64,000 nt of DNA from Candidatus Bathyarchaeum sp. (GTDB taxonomy: Archaea; Thermoproteota; Bathyarchaeia; Bathyarchaeales; Bathyarchaeaceae). Made by a program: the position numbers and the translations under genes. Shown piece by piece: positions 28,601-37,769 of the stretch; the stretch's first letter is position 1, and each line of letters starts with the position of its first letter. The notes below the pieces were generated by a model. The model made no database searches and was not told the DNA's origin. It saw nothing but the letters and a program-made list of their open reading frames with translations. Location of the stretch: positions 5,611 to 69,610 of the forward strand of contig JAOZIF010000137.1 in the NCBI GenBank assembly GCA_026014495.1, in the 5' to 3' direction.

Positions 28601-28694
28601 ACATCCAACAGTTGATGTAATTGAACTGCTAGGTACAATCAGCGAAAAACCACAACACGACTGCCCAGCACCATCATTAAGTGCTCTACCATAG
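25623..28694 (+). CDS. Large secreted surface protein; candidate S-layer / envelope glycoprotein
   Basis: 1023 aa. N-terminal signal/anchor ('LMTILTTTAIITTLLGTMLLTQISMAA'). Thr/Asp/Tyr-rich with no enzyme motifs and about 16 N-x-S/T sequons counted by eye. Flanked by glycosylation operons. Confidence 0.55.
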   Translation: MKQKGNEKMNHKKLMTILTTTAIITTLLGTMLLTQISMAATTYTSDYVTTDGVMYDDSYVLFPFEMNNLTIGFSKYGEMIDYNTKIGLSYDGYDAFGPDAGVVESQWVEGWILNITYVEGGNYKNIWAMATYSDYYAGGIGGDWNEDVTVGSLSLDVRGGRKTSGGAVTDPITMLYDGPREFIALLKTTIYEDSTHTTPLVSLTFTIVFNKVEKQVVIYKDVKRIDEGKNIGDMQIEFGDRGEWDLGSSASGAAPKSYAHFFTNQTTIYDGEYQLWYENATAGGTYDSTYTVCQIISDDQNYVGWAAFWPTPIVNWVGATQLGANRATILTTTSTKTETHVLTETTSELTITGEPSVYPQNTTTGDVLWKEDPMVFVNDAYKIIDGTDPESSVTYNNATNTITFPSGYEPGAGAVVTIVYKHENIKEDMNSEPNSPFVIGEWAFRMTQAGESFRGVTIYGITDLNDGDDEDIGGGHTNVIDSEIQYYLDETFDPYDLQDAVHKDTRRWVYIDESLSSSQSVFVLENAPMEFSPLPDWDAYSDFSERVLVDGVLQVPTRAGGTDYTLSVNTATGVGTITFASAVAAGSHVKILYSTLPEWSDSDSITFDDITDTTNTIDVGTTLTNNVADAEYVPVDPLGVNMSFNFDLDVEVEITGTANFTETIVVDWYDWIEDFKVLSDPNEIDDDVDHYTATLENVTAVGADITVTVTAREFGWNITADNEATVIDGLGATLSLSIEAVVSNGTTDWFNVTITPTIDYAYGAHQEGQYEWIAVGTDAATIDSIGAAYMTQAFDSLKQIHVQMTGLDIRDMEGPNAPYVMAGATTSTKTDYYYDYPNDNRTALADDWCTTVPVASSNMLFSGGPLANLGSEYFNDFTNAFYTLEQYVTNDTGHSNSILSLPCWDKNTYSTNATHGYAVVSVYKDINGTIGFLIWGINAQDTYYATKWFWSYPAGMLSEEDTVVYSGIHYLQAMNEGITDIVLRIYYPPDDPIHPTVDVIELLGTISEKPQHDCPAPSLSALP

Positions 28695-28730
28695 TTGGCG
28701 ACTAAATCGCCAAAACCCTCTCTTTTTTTA
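28695..28730. terminator. Hairpin TTGGCGA-CTAAA-TCGCCAA followed by a T-run, between convergent genes
   Basis: A 7-bp perfect stem at 28695..28713 and then 'CTCTCTTTTTTTA'. It lies between the stop codons at 28694 (+) and 28745 (-). Confidence 0.45.
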
Positions 28731-28744
28731 TATTAAAATCAAGT

Positions 28745-29905
28745 TTAGCCAAACTTTTCATGAAAAACGCGATTTACAATATCCACAATTCTTTTCTCAA
28801 AAACTGAAGAATCAAAAATCTTTGCCCGCTTACAAGCACTAATTGAAATTTGTTGTCTCAAAGCAGTATTACCCAAAAGCAGGGCAATCAACTGAGCTGC
28901 CTCTTTGCTGTTTTTGTAAGAAAAACCGAAAACGCCCTGCTTCTGATCAATTACGTCAACCCATGGACCACCGTCTTTTGGAACAACTGGAACACAACCA
29001 GCAGCCATCGATTCAACAACAGCCATACCAAACGCTTCCATGTGTGAAGTGTGCAAAAACACTTTTGCAGACAAAAGTACATCAATCAATGCCTGAGAAG
29101 ACTGATTAACGCGTAAAATCACACGATTTCCAAGGTCAAACGTTTTAATCGTCTTTTTTAGTGATGCAATCTCCTCGTTTGATGCCTGATCTGCAAGTCC
29201 AAAAATTACAAAATTTCCGAAAGTAACAAGTTTTGCTATTTTTGGGATAAGCAACAAGTTTTTTCCAGATCTAAGTCGGGAAACAGTAACAACAATATTG
29301 CCGCGGTCCAGATTGTTTGTGTCACAACAAAATTGTTTTAGGTTGACGGGAGGAAAAACAACAAGAGATTCTTTTCCAAGTTTATGTTTCACAACGCGCT
29401 GTGTAAACTTGGAATTTGTTAACAAAACATTACCTTTGAAAAACTTGTTCACTAATCTCAAACACAAGCCATATCCATGGGCAATAACTTGCCATAAAGT
29501 ACCACTAGAAAAGCCACAATCAGGATACAAGTGCATAATCCTGACAGGTAAGGCATTAATGTAAGACACATCTGCTACTGAATCTACCAAATCGCCATAA
29601 GTATTAACAACAATGTTGTGTTTACTTTTGATTTTGTAATAGATTAGTTCAGATAGGAAAAAAATCGAGGCAAAAAATGCTTGTGAAAACTTACTACGTA
29701 GAGGCATATACTCAAAAAGATAGACTTCTTCAGAAGGACGATACAGTGCACCAAACCGTTCCTCCAAAAAAAGCCAATTAGTTTTTTCAACAGTAGCAAG
29801 CTTAACTATGTAACCACTATCCATTAAAGCTTTGACGGTTGCTAAACAAACTTTCTCTGCTCCGCCGCCTCTATTAAGCGAAGGGTGAACAATCACTACA
29901 TTCAT
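28745..29905 (-). CDS. Family 4 (GT-B) glycosyltransferase
   Basis: 'HMEAFGMAVVESMAAGCVPVV' (E-x7-E region) and a two-Rossmann layout. Confidence 0.85.
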   Translation of the reverse strand: MNVVIVHPSLNRGGGAEKVCLATVKALMDSGYIVKLATVEKTNWLFLEERFGALYRPSEEVYLFEYMPLRSKFSQAFFASIFFLSELIYYKIKSKHNIVVNTYGDLVDSVADVSYINALPVRIMHLYPDCGFSSGTLWQVIAHGYGLCLRLVNKFFKGNVLLTNSKFTQRVVKHKLGKESLVVFPPVNLKQFCCDTNNLDRGNIVVTVSRLRSGKNLLLIPKIAKLVTFGNFVIFGLADQASNEEIASLKKTIKTFDLGNRVILRVNQSSQALIDVLLSAKVFLHTSHMEAFGMAVVESMAAGCVPVVPKDGGPWVDVIDQKQGVFGFSYKNSKEAAQLIALLLGNTALRQQISISACKRAKIFDSSVFEKRIVDIVNRVFHEKFG

Positions 29906-32124
29906 TTCATACCATCAACTTGTATTGGCTTAAGCTTTCGACATATCAAAGATGCCACAATAACACCTAACGCCACCGCTGAAATCAAAAAAATCACATA
30001 CGAAAGAGATGGAGTGAAGTCACGTTCTATGAAAACCTGATAAAAAAGTTCCTCTTCAGGTTCTGCATAAAAGTTTATGTCACAGGTTTCATCGCTGGTT
30101 ATGCTCAGTTCATCCAATTTTACTGTTGCATAGGCGTCATCATCTAAAGACACAATAAGCGCCACAAGGGATATTTTGTCGTTATCTAAGTTTGAGCAAC
30201 CATACAGGTCAATGCTATCTGACTGCAAAACGAAGTTTTCAGTGGCAACAAAGGTGTACAGCCACTCGTCTGTATTATCGAACACATCAAGCAAAACATT
30301 GGAGACTTCTCCTTCGGCTACAGTGTAATTGAGGTTTAACCTAAAATTATCATCCACAAAAACACTGCAAGGATAAGCCAACCTAAACATGCTGCCTTGA
30401 CCATCCGCGCCGTTATCGCGAAGATTAAACACAAACGAAGTCCCGTCAAGGGTTATGGTGCTGTTAAGGTCTCCATATAAGCCATCTGTAATCTTGAATG
30501 GAATTTTTGGGTGTTGCATCTTGAATGTCAAAGCGTGTGATTCGGAGTCCGCCACGAAAAACAGGTAAGTTTCGTTAAAAGAACCTCCTAAATTGAATTG
30601 ATTTCTGACACCACTTTCAAGCTGCACAGATGAATTGTCTAACTTTGCATCAAGACCAGTATTAGTAACTAGTCTAACTATAACTTGGTCGCCCGTCTTT
30701 AACCCATTTACAGTTATGCCTTGCCACTCAGACTGCGAAACTTTAAGGTAACCATCAAAAGACCTGAAGCTTTCAGAATCATCTAAGTAATTACAAAGTT
30801 CAATGGAACTCATCAAAGCCAAAATAACTATCGCAGATAGCGCCAAAACCAGCAGTTTATCCTTAAACAGATTCAAGTAGCTAAAACAGCGTTTAAACAA
30901 ACCAGTTACTTGTTTAAAGCTACAGCGAGACTTTAACGAAGTGACAATTAACGCCGCAAACACGATTGTTCTCAGTATTACAGCAAATATGAGCAGGGGT
31001 AAGTGTGCGTCTCTAAGAAATTCTGGTCCAAAAATCTGGGAGTACCAAGAGAGCATCTGAATTATGTGGCTTATTTCCAAGGGAATCAGAAAAATCAATG
31101 GGCAGTTAATTGTTGCTAATAGCAGATACAAGGGGGTAGAAACGGAAAACTGTGTGCTGTATCCTTGAAAAAAAAACATATATGAAATGTAAAGCAGACC
31201 AGATAAAGAAACATACATATTTTTTACGTTTTTGTATGTTAACGAAAGAAGGGCAACTATGCCTATCTGACACAAAGTCAGCAGGTTAGGCAGTGAACTC
31301 AAGTTCCACGAGTATATTGCATGATCGTAAGAGTTTGCGGGATAAATGCTCAACAGGTTAAAATGATAAAAGAACTTGTCAAAGTAGGGGTGGAGTAGAC
31401 CACCGTGGCTGTGGTAACTTTCAAAAAGTGCCCATATTGTCTCCCAAGGTCCCCGCGAACCATGATGAATAAATGTTGACACGTATGTGAAAGGATTCAC
31501 AACCATAAAGGGCAAGCTTACAAAAACTAGTGTAATCACCATGGTGCCGACAACTTTCACTTTATCTCGATTGTCTGTGAACGCAAATAGTGCAGGTATA
31601 ATCAGCAAAGCGGGAAATCCTTTACTTAGTGTGGCTATGCCTAGCAGTAGTCCACAAAGGGTAGCCTTCTTTTGTTGCATCATGTATATTCCGAGCACCG
31701 CCGGAAGCAGTGCTACAATATCGTTTGAGTAGGCGTTAGCTATCACTACAGATGGGAGAACAGCGTAGTATAGTGCAATTTTTAGTCCTTTTTTTTCTCC
31801 AACAACCGTTTTTGACGTTTGATATAGCACAAACAGTGTTGCAACCAATAGTGCTGCGTTTACGGCTCTAAAAGCATATGAGAATGCTGCAGGGTTGTTT
31901 TGAAATGCACAATAAAGGGGCATGTATATCAAAAAGCCAATGGGGGGATAGCCCTCTCTGACGTCAACGTATGGTGTGGCTCCATGACTGTCTAAATAGG
32001 AGTAAAAGCTGTACCATTCGCTATCCGTTAATCCTATTGGAAGTGCATAAGATATTCCAAGGGCGATTGCGTAAACTAAAATGAGAACATATAAGCGCCG
32101 CTTATTGGACAGGTTCAGGTTCAA
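29902..32124 (-). CDS. GT-C-like polytopic membrane protein (DUF2029/PMT-like N-terminal module) with large extracytoplasmic domain and C-terminal TM anchor
   Basis: 740 aa. 'DVREGYPPIGFLIY' loop after TM1, many TM helices to ~aa 440, a soluble beta-rich region, and a final TM helix. Confidence 0.55.
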   Translation of the reverse strand: MNLNLSNKRRLYVLILVYAIALGISYALPIGLTDSEWYSFYSYLDSHGATPYVDVREGYPPIGFLIYMPLYCAFQNNPAAFSYAFRAVNAALLVATLFVLYQTSKTVVGEKKGLKIALYYAVLPSVVIANAYSNDIVALLPAVLGIYMMQQKKATLCGLLLGIATLSKGFPALLIIPALFAFTDNRDKVKVVGTMVITLVFVSLPFMVVNPFTYVSTFIHHGSRGPWETIWALFESYHSHGGLLHPYFDKFFYHFNLLSIYPANSYDHAIYSWNLSSLPNLLTLCQIGIVALLSLTYKNVKNMYVSLSGLLYISYMFFFQGYSTQFSVSTPLYLLLATINCPLIFLIPLEISHIIQMLSWYSQIFGPEFLRDAHLPLLIFAVILRTIVFAALIVTSLKSRCSFKQVTGLFKRCFSYLNLFKDKLLVLALSAIVILALMSSIELCNYLDDSESFRSFDGYLKVSQSEWQGITVNGLKTGDQVIVRLVTNTGLDAKLDNSSVQLESGVRNQFNLGGSFNETYLFFVADSESHALTFKMQHPKIPFKITDGLYGDLNSTITLDGTSFVFNLRDNGADGQGSMFRLAYPCSVFVDDNFRLNLNYTVAEGEVSNVLLDVFDNTDEWLYTFVATENFVLQSDSIDLYGCSNLDNDKISLVALIVSLDDDAYATVKLDELSITSDETCDINFYAEPEEELFYQVFIERDFTPSLSYVIFLISAVALGVIVASLICRKLKPIQVDGMK

Positions 32125-32136
32125 TGTTTTGTTGCC

Positions 32137-33657
32137 TCAACGAATTTTGTGCTCGGTTGTGCGTTCCATGATTATGCCGCTATCAAGGTCTGACGAATAC
32201 GAGATTGCAAGTAGCCTCACCACAATTGTGTCATCAATTATGTCGGAAGGAATCGTGGTGTTCAGGCTACCGTTAACGGTTAGCTCGCCCCCAGAGTCAT
32301 AAAAAACACAGCTACTATCCCAGTACCAACCGTATGGTATCCACTCGGAGTCCCAAACTGCCTGCAGGTATATCATAAAGAGGTCGTGAGCAAGCTGCTT
32401 ATCACTGAGCCAAGAGTCTTGGTCCCCCATTGCTAGCCAGCCACCTTCGTCAACTTGGATAAAAGCAGGTAAGGTTAGGTTCAAGTTAACGTGGTCAACA
32501 TAGAGCGTGTAGTCTGCGTAAGCGTAGTAGTGTAAACTGTTGTTTTCTAGGGCGTTTTTGTCAAAACCAAAGGCTGATTCTTGGTAGGACAATCCTAGTG
32601 TTCCTGATATTTTCACTGGACTGTAGTCTCCGAGCACGAAGCTTCCGTTTATGATGCTTGGCTCGCCAGAGGCACCTGTAAGGAACAGATGTACATCAAA
32701 CATTTCGTTAGAGTCTTTGGCGTGTACAAAGGTGCCGTCGCTGTAGAGTATGCGTTTGTAGGGCTGCATGGACCCCACAGTTACGAGAATTAAACCGTTA
32801 TCGGTCATCCAATCGTATAGACGAGATTTGCCATATGTTGAGTCGTCTTTTATGTATCCGTCTCCATCAGGATCCACAAGGGGTGCGGGTATGGCGTCTT
32901 CTATTCTATTTCCTTGATAAGTTTCTAAGGGATTTATGAGAATTAAAATACAACTGGGCATTTGGTTTGCTAGGTTCTCGAGTGCACCGTAATCCAGTTT
33001 CTCTAGGTATATGTCATAGACTCCAAAGTAACTAATTATAGCGTCGGCTCTACTCAGGCTTTCTTCGGGCATATAACGCGGGTCATAAAATATGTACGCA
33101 GGTCTGCTTTGATTTTCAAATGAGCTGTAAGTGAACAGGAGCACATGCAATGAATCTGTTCCGTTGCTGTATGTTTGGTAGCTTGCGTTGACAGTTAAGG
33201 TGCTGGAGGTCAGGGCGGTATCCACATTTTTTGTTTCCAGTTGGAGGTCTGATGATATTTCTGGTGCTTTTGTTACAATTTCTACAGATTGGTAGTCTGT
33301 TGTCACAAGTTTTATTGTATAATACGTACCCATTTTCCAAGGGTAATCCAGCATACACATGACAGTTTCCCCATTTCTAATGATAGTCTTGTCGGCGGTC
33401 CATCCTGTTATGGCAGTGTCGTTCAGGAAAAACTGCTTAAGCTCTATACGGTCTTGGTTCACTTTCACATAGACTTCTATGATACGTGTATCCTCGCCTA
33501 ACTTGAAGACTGCATTATCAAGGTAAAAAGAGGGCGTGATGGGACTGTTTACAGCGTAAATTATGATGCCTGCAGTAAAAAGTAGCACAACAATCAGTAT
33601 TATCGCCACATTTATGGATGTAAAATAAGTTAACCCACGTTTTAACGAGTTTTTCAT
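32137..33657 (-). CDS. Membrane-anchored extracellular protein of unknown function
   Basis: 506 aa with an N-terminal TM helix ('INVAIILIVVLLFTAGIIIYAV') and a Tyr/Asp/Asn-rich ectodomain with sequons. Confidence 0.45.
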   Translation of the reverse strand: MKNSLKRGLTYFTSINVAIILIVVLLFTAGIIIYAVNSPITPSFYLDNAVFKLGEDTRIIEVYVKVNQDRIELKQFFLNDTAITGWTADKTIIRNGETVMCMLDYPWKMGTYYTIKLVTTDYQSVEIVTKAPEISSDLQLETKNVDTALTSSTLTVNASYQTYSNGTDSLHVLLFTYSSFENQSRPAYIFYDPRYMPEESLSRADAIISYFGVYDIYLEKLDYGALENLANQMPSCILILINPLETYQGNRIEDAIPAPLVDPDGDGYIKDDSTYGKSRLYDWMTDNGLILVTVGSMQPYKRILYSDGTFVHAKDSNEMFDVHLFLTGASGEPSIINGSFVLGDYSPVKISGTLGLSYQESAFGFDKNALENNSLHYYAYADYTLYVDHVNLNLTLPAFIQVDEGGWLAMGDQDSWLSDKQLAHDLFMIYLQAVWDSEWIPYGWYWDSSCVFYDSGGELTVNGSLNTTIPSDIIDDTIVVRLLAISYSSDLDSGIIMERTTEHKIR

Positions 33658-34676
33658 GAGTTATTTACCTCTTTTGGCGTTCTATATTGTTGTATTTTAT
33701 CGAGATAGGGCAAAGCGAAGCTATTCGTTTTGGTAGCATAAAAGTCTATGTTGCATGGCAAAAAATTTCCAATTAATATGTTTGGAATATAGGACAACCC
33801 TACATAATACAACGCAACAAACAAGTTGTACAACTTATGTTTCCACGTCTTGTCGAACTCTACAGTGATTTCTGAAAATCCGCTAGTCTCAAAGAACCTC
33901 TTCCACTGCGTCAAACTGTATATCTTCTCTTCGATCTCTAAAGATTTCGCTCTTTTTCCAGCGAATCCAATCTGAGATGTAAGAATTGTTTTGAAGGGAA
34001 TCCCAGCAGCGACTTCTCCTAATGCGTAGCATTTACCTCCTTTCTTAAGAACTCTATACATTTCACAAACGCCTCGCTGAGGGTCTGGAAAATGATGAAT
34101 AGTAGCGTTGCTGAGAACAACGTCAAAATACTCATCAGAGAAGGGCAAACTTTTGACATCACATGCAATAGTGTAGTCAACAGTTGATTCCAGTATCGAC
34201 GATATTTTTTGACCTTTTTCTAATGCGTATGGAGAGACATCAGAGGCTACAACTAAGCTATTTTGATGTTTTTTCTTGATTAATGCACTAACCCAACAGG
34301 TACCTGCTCCAACCTCGAGTACTTTCCCATTGAAATTTACTTTTGGCAGGATTCTTTCATAGAAATACATGATTCGATCTTTCTTGTGTAACAGAGCCAT
34401 CCATGCAGGTTTCTTGATACCTTCATAAGGTAGGGTCTTCCATGCGATGTCTTCATAGTTTTTTTCAAGTTTTTTTGGCAACATTTCGATGACACTGGTG
34501 TCCCAATTGAAGACTCTATTGCAACCAGTGCAAACCAGTTTCTTAGCGTTAAGTCTCACTTCGTTTTTGCAGTCTGGACATATGAAATTGTTCATCAGGT
34601 CACCTTTTTGTGTCTGTTTTGTTGCACTCTCGAAACAGTCATGTTTGTGGTTTTGATTTGCACGTAATTTTGTCAT
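33654..34676 (-). CDS. Zinc-ribbon + class I SAM-dependent methyltransferase
   Basis: 'CPDCKNEV....CTGCNRVF' followed by motif I 'VLEVGAGTCW' and 'ATIHHFPDP'. Confidence 0.75.
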   Translation of the reverse strand: MTKLRANQNHKHDCFESATKQTQKGDLMNNFICPDCKNEVRLNAKKLVCTGCNRVFNWDTSVIEMLPKKLEKNYEDIAWKTLPYEGIKKPAWMALLHKKDRIMYFYERILPKVNFNGKVLEVGAGTCWVSALIKKKHQNSLVVASDVSPYALEKGQKISSILESTVDYTIACDVKSLPFSDEYFDVVLSNATIHHFPDPQRGVCEMYRVLKKGGKCYALGEVAAGIPFKTILTSQIGFAGKRAKSLEIEEKIYSLTQWKRFFETSGFSEITVEFDKTWKHKLYNLFVALYYVGLSYIPNILIGNFLPCNIDFYATKTNSFALPYLDKIQQYRTPKEVNNS

Positions 34677-34697
34677 TTACCATCATCTCCTCGGATT

Positions 34698-36698
34698 CTA
34701 TTTCGGAATTACCTCCACGTAATCTAGAAAAAGAGTTAAATCACTTCCAGCATCGTATCCTCTAAATTCAACTTCAGAAGTTCTTTTGGTTACACTGAAA
34801 TCTATAGAAAATGTGTGCCACGTAAGCGCCTTACTGAAGTCGTTACAGTAAATGTCGCTTGAACTTATTTCAGAAAGCAGGGAGCGTGAATAAACATCGA
34901 TTTTAAGTGCTATCCCTTCGTTTATGTGATCTATTTTTAGTCTAAAGTTTGCTGTGTAGTTACCAGGTGTCAGAGTTATATACGGTCCAAACCAGATATT
35001 TCGGTCAGGTTGCGGCGAATCGTTAATCACTATTACTTTGTAACTATCAGAAGAAGAATCATCTACAACAATAGACTCTCCTAATGACAACTCCTTATAT
35101 GAGAATTTTATTGCAACATTTTGTGGGCTATTGATGTATCCTCGTTTGTATAGTTCGAATCCTGGTCCATTAACAAATAGCCCGTAGCTATCCGTATCTT
35201 TTATGATCTCAGTGTATAGTATGTCGCTTTCCGTTTTGTCCCAATAGTATGTGAATAAGATGTAATCGTATTTTATGTTCTTCAAATATTCTAGATGTCC
35301 CTCGAAAAGCCTAGGGGACGGAGAATCTACTGGAGGAATCACGTATGCATTAAGGTTAGTTGATATGTGAGGAAATATGGTTGGTGTCGTGAGTACAAAT
35401 GCATCATTGGGTATCATTTGCAGGATTTGCGTAACTTCACAATTCAAACTGGAAGGAACGGAAGTACCGTAATCTTTAAAGTAAACAAAATCTCCTGGCG
35501 CATGAATGACGGATAAGGGGGAAACAAATAAAGATATAATTAAACCGATCAAAAACAGCAACAATGGAATTCTAAAAAGGAATTTTTTTGCCACCTGAAC
35601 ATTGACAAATCTAACTAATTTCTGTACACCATCTATGGTTGCAATAACTATGAAAGGCAAAGTAAATGCTAGATATTGAAAACCCAATTGGTAGTAAGGT
35701 GGCCAATTGCTCAGACCTGAAAGAATGAACCATAAAAGTGCGGGCAGAATCGCAATCGGAGAGAGACAGGCGAGCATTCCACTAGGTGCAAACGACAGTA
35801 AGATGTACAATATTTTGCTTGGAAAATCAAATCGAATTGCATTTAATACTAACTCTGGATTTGTCAGTGCTTTTATGGGTATTTCCACAAGGCTATTAAT
35901 CTCAAGCAGTTCATAATTGCTAAGGGACTCATACTCCTCGGGAGGATTTGGATTAAGAGCATATTTTACGTTGGATGAAAAGATCATCCAAATGATAACA
36001 AGAGCAATAATGATGAAAGGCAAAAAGGATAACAGTGTTCTCTTGGATGAGGCTAGGTTTTTGATATCTGCTCTGAGTTCCCATGCACAATAAAATGCAT
36101 ATACAGCAATAAAATAAGACGCTTGCTCTAGAGTCATCAAGGTCAATACTATAAAAAACAAGAAGAGCCATGGCTTTTTCTTTTTTAGATAATAAGTTGC
36201 TGAGAGAATAAACAGGGGAAAAAAAACCTGAGGCGTGAAATCGCACCAATTAAGCCCTTGTAGTAAAGGATTCAACAGGTAAGAAGCAGATAGAAATAAA
36301 GCAGCCACACAACTGTTAAGGCAATGTTTCGCAATATAATAAACGGGAATGCTACCTAAAGCCAAGATTATAGATTGAATTACCCATATTGTCTCAACCT
36401 GCGGTACCATAGCAAAAAACGGAACAATTATGAACAAAATTGGACTGAAGTGCAGACCAAAGTAACTCCCTGTTGGCGAAAAATATAATTCAACATTATT
36501 TGCAAATGATTCGCCACTTGTTCCGCTTGCTATGGATTGAACAAGTGTACCTAGGTCCCAAGCATACGTCCTAAATGAGTAATGTCTCATTATAGTGTAG
36601 TATGAAAAAATGGCGACGTACACAAGTATCATGAGCAACAGGATGCATTGGGCTACTTCGAGTTTCCATATTTTCTTTTTAAGCACTTCTTGGTTCAT
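34698..36698 (-). CDS. DUF2079-type polytopic membrane protein (GT-C-like) with C-terminal beta-rich domain
   Basis: 666 aa. 'HYSFRTYAWDLGTLVQSI' near the N-terminus (the DUF2079 signature region), many TM helices, and a soluble ~230-aa tail. Confidence 0.6.
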   Translation of the reverse strand: MNQEVLKKKIWKLEVAQCILLLMILVYVAIFSYYTIMRHYSFRTYAWDLGTLVQSIASGTSGESFANNVELYFSPTGSYFGLHFSPILFIIVPFFAMVPQVETIWVIQSIILALGSIPVYYIAKHCLNSCVAALFLSASYLLNPLLQGLNWCDFTPQVFFPLFILSATYYLKKKKPWLFLFFIVLTLMTLEQASYFIAVYAFYCAWELRADIKNLASSKRTLLSFLPFIIIALVIIWMIFSSNVKYALNPNPPEEYESLSNYELLEINSLVEIPIKALTNPELVLNAIRFDFPSKILYILLSFAPSGMLACLSPIAILPALLWFILSGLSNWPPYYQLGFQYLAFTLPFIVIATIDGVQKLVRFVNVQVAKKFLFRIPLLLFLIGLIISLFVSPLSVIHAPGDFVYFKDYGTSVPSSLNCEVTQILQMIPNDAFVLTTPTIFPHISTNLNAYVIPPVDSPSPRLFEGHLEYLKNIKYDYILFTYYWDKTESDILYTEIIKDTDSYGLFVNGPGFELYKRGYINSPQNVAIKFSYKELSLGESIVVDDSSSDSYKVIVINDSPQPDRNIWFGPYITLTPGNYTANFRLKIDHINEGIALKIDVYSRSLLSEISSSDIYCNDFSKALTWHTFSIDFSVTKRTSEVEFRGYDAGSDLTLFLDYVEVIPK

Positions 36699-36725
36699 GT
36701 TTCGTTGTGCTCCGTTAAGAGTGAA

Positions 36726-37769
36726 CTAGTAAGTTATTGGCGTGTAATCTCCTGAAATTGCCTCAGAGTAGATTTTAGTGTAATTCTCGGCTACTCGTTG
36801 CCAGCTGTATTCTTTCACGACCTCTTTGCCTTTTGTCACATACTGTTCTCTAACCGCCCTGTCCCCCAGAGTCAAAAGTGCATCTCGTAGTTCATTAGGG
36901 TCGTTTGGTTTGACAAGCAGACCAAACTCTTTGACAACATCACGTAATCCTGGAAGGTCTGATGCAACAACAGCGCATCCTGCTGAAGCTGCTTCCAAGG
37001 TTACAAGACCAAATGCTTCGTTTAGGCTAACGCTTGGAAGAACCAAAACGTCGCTACTAAGATACATTTGCCGCAACTGGTCATCCGAGACATTACCATA
37101 AAAATTGATGTTTCTAAGTCCAAGTTTTTGGGCATATTTTTCGTATCTGCTTTTGTATGGACCATCACCAACTATATTCAACTCAGCGTCTAGCTTGTTC
37201 ATAGCCTGCAAAAAGACATCAAGTCCCTTGTAGGGTCGCATCTGTCCAACAAAAAGCAGTTTGTAGCCGTTATGTGTTGCTCTGTTGCCTGAAAATTTTT
37301 CGACATCTACGCCCCATGGCACCACATATTTTCGGGGGCACCCTTGAACTAGGTTATAGTATGATTCGGAGCTGACCACAACAGCGTCTGCAAGTCTAAG
37401 CAGAACGTTATTGAAAACGCTATTGTATAGTGTAAATAATGGCTTGAAGTAGCAGTTGACCATGCAGTGAAGGACATAAACAACTCGGTTTCCATACAGT
37501 TTAGAGTCCAGCAGCAACCGATCCGAGAATGTTGGGGTGTGTCCATGAATGTTTATGACGTCATAGTTGCCATTTCTTATGTAGCGGTGTATGTTGTCTG
37601 TACCAGTAACGAGTTTAATGTCGCCAACTAGTTTTATGTTGCAGTCTCTGGCGCATAGCACATGCACTTCATGGCCCATATTTGTGAGTTCCTCTGTAAG
37701 TTTGCTTATGACCCTAGAAAATCCGCTGATAACTGGTGGTTTTTCACTAATTAGATGTAGCAGTTTCAA
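36726..37769 (-). CDS. Family 4 (GT-B) glycosyltransferase
   Basis: 'NEAFGLVTLEAASAGCAVVASDLPG'. Confidence 0.85.
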   Translation of the reverse strand: MKLLHLISEKPPVISGFSRVISKLTEELTNMGHEVHVLCARDCNIKLVGDIKLVTGTDNIHRYIRNGNYDVINIHGHTPTFSDRLLLDSKLYGNRVVYVLHCMVNCYFKPLFTLYNSVFNNVLLRLADAVVVSSESYYNLVQGCPRKYVVPWGVDVEKFSGNRATHNGYKLLFVGQMRPYKGLDVFLQAMNKLDAELNIVGDGPYKSRYEKYAQKLGLRNINFYGNVSDDQLRQMYLSSDVLVLPSVSLNEAFGLVTLEAASAGCAVVASDLPGLRDVVKEFGLLVKPNDPNELRDALLTLGDRAVREQYVTKGKEVVKEYSWQRVAENYTKIYSEAISGDYTPITY

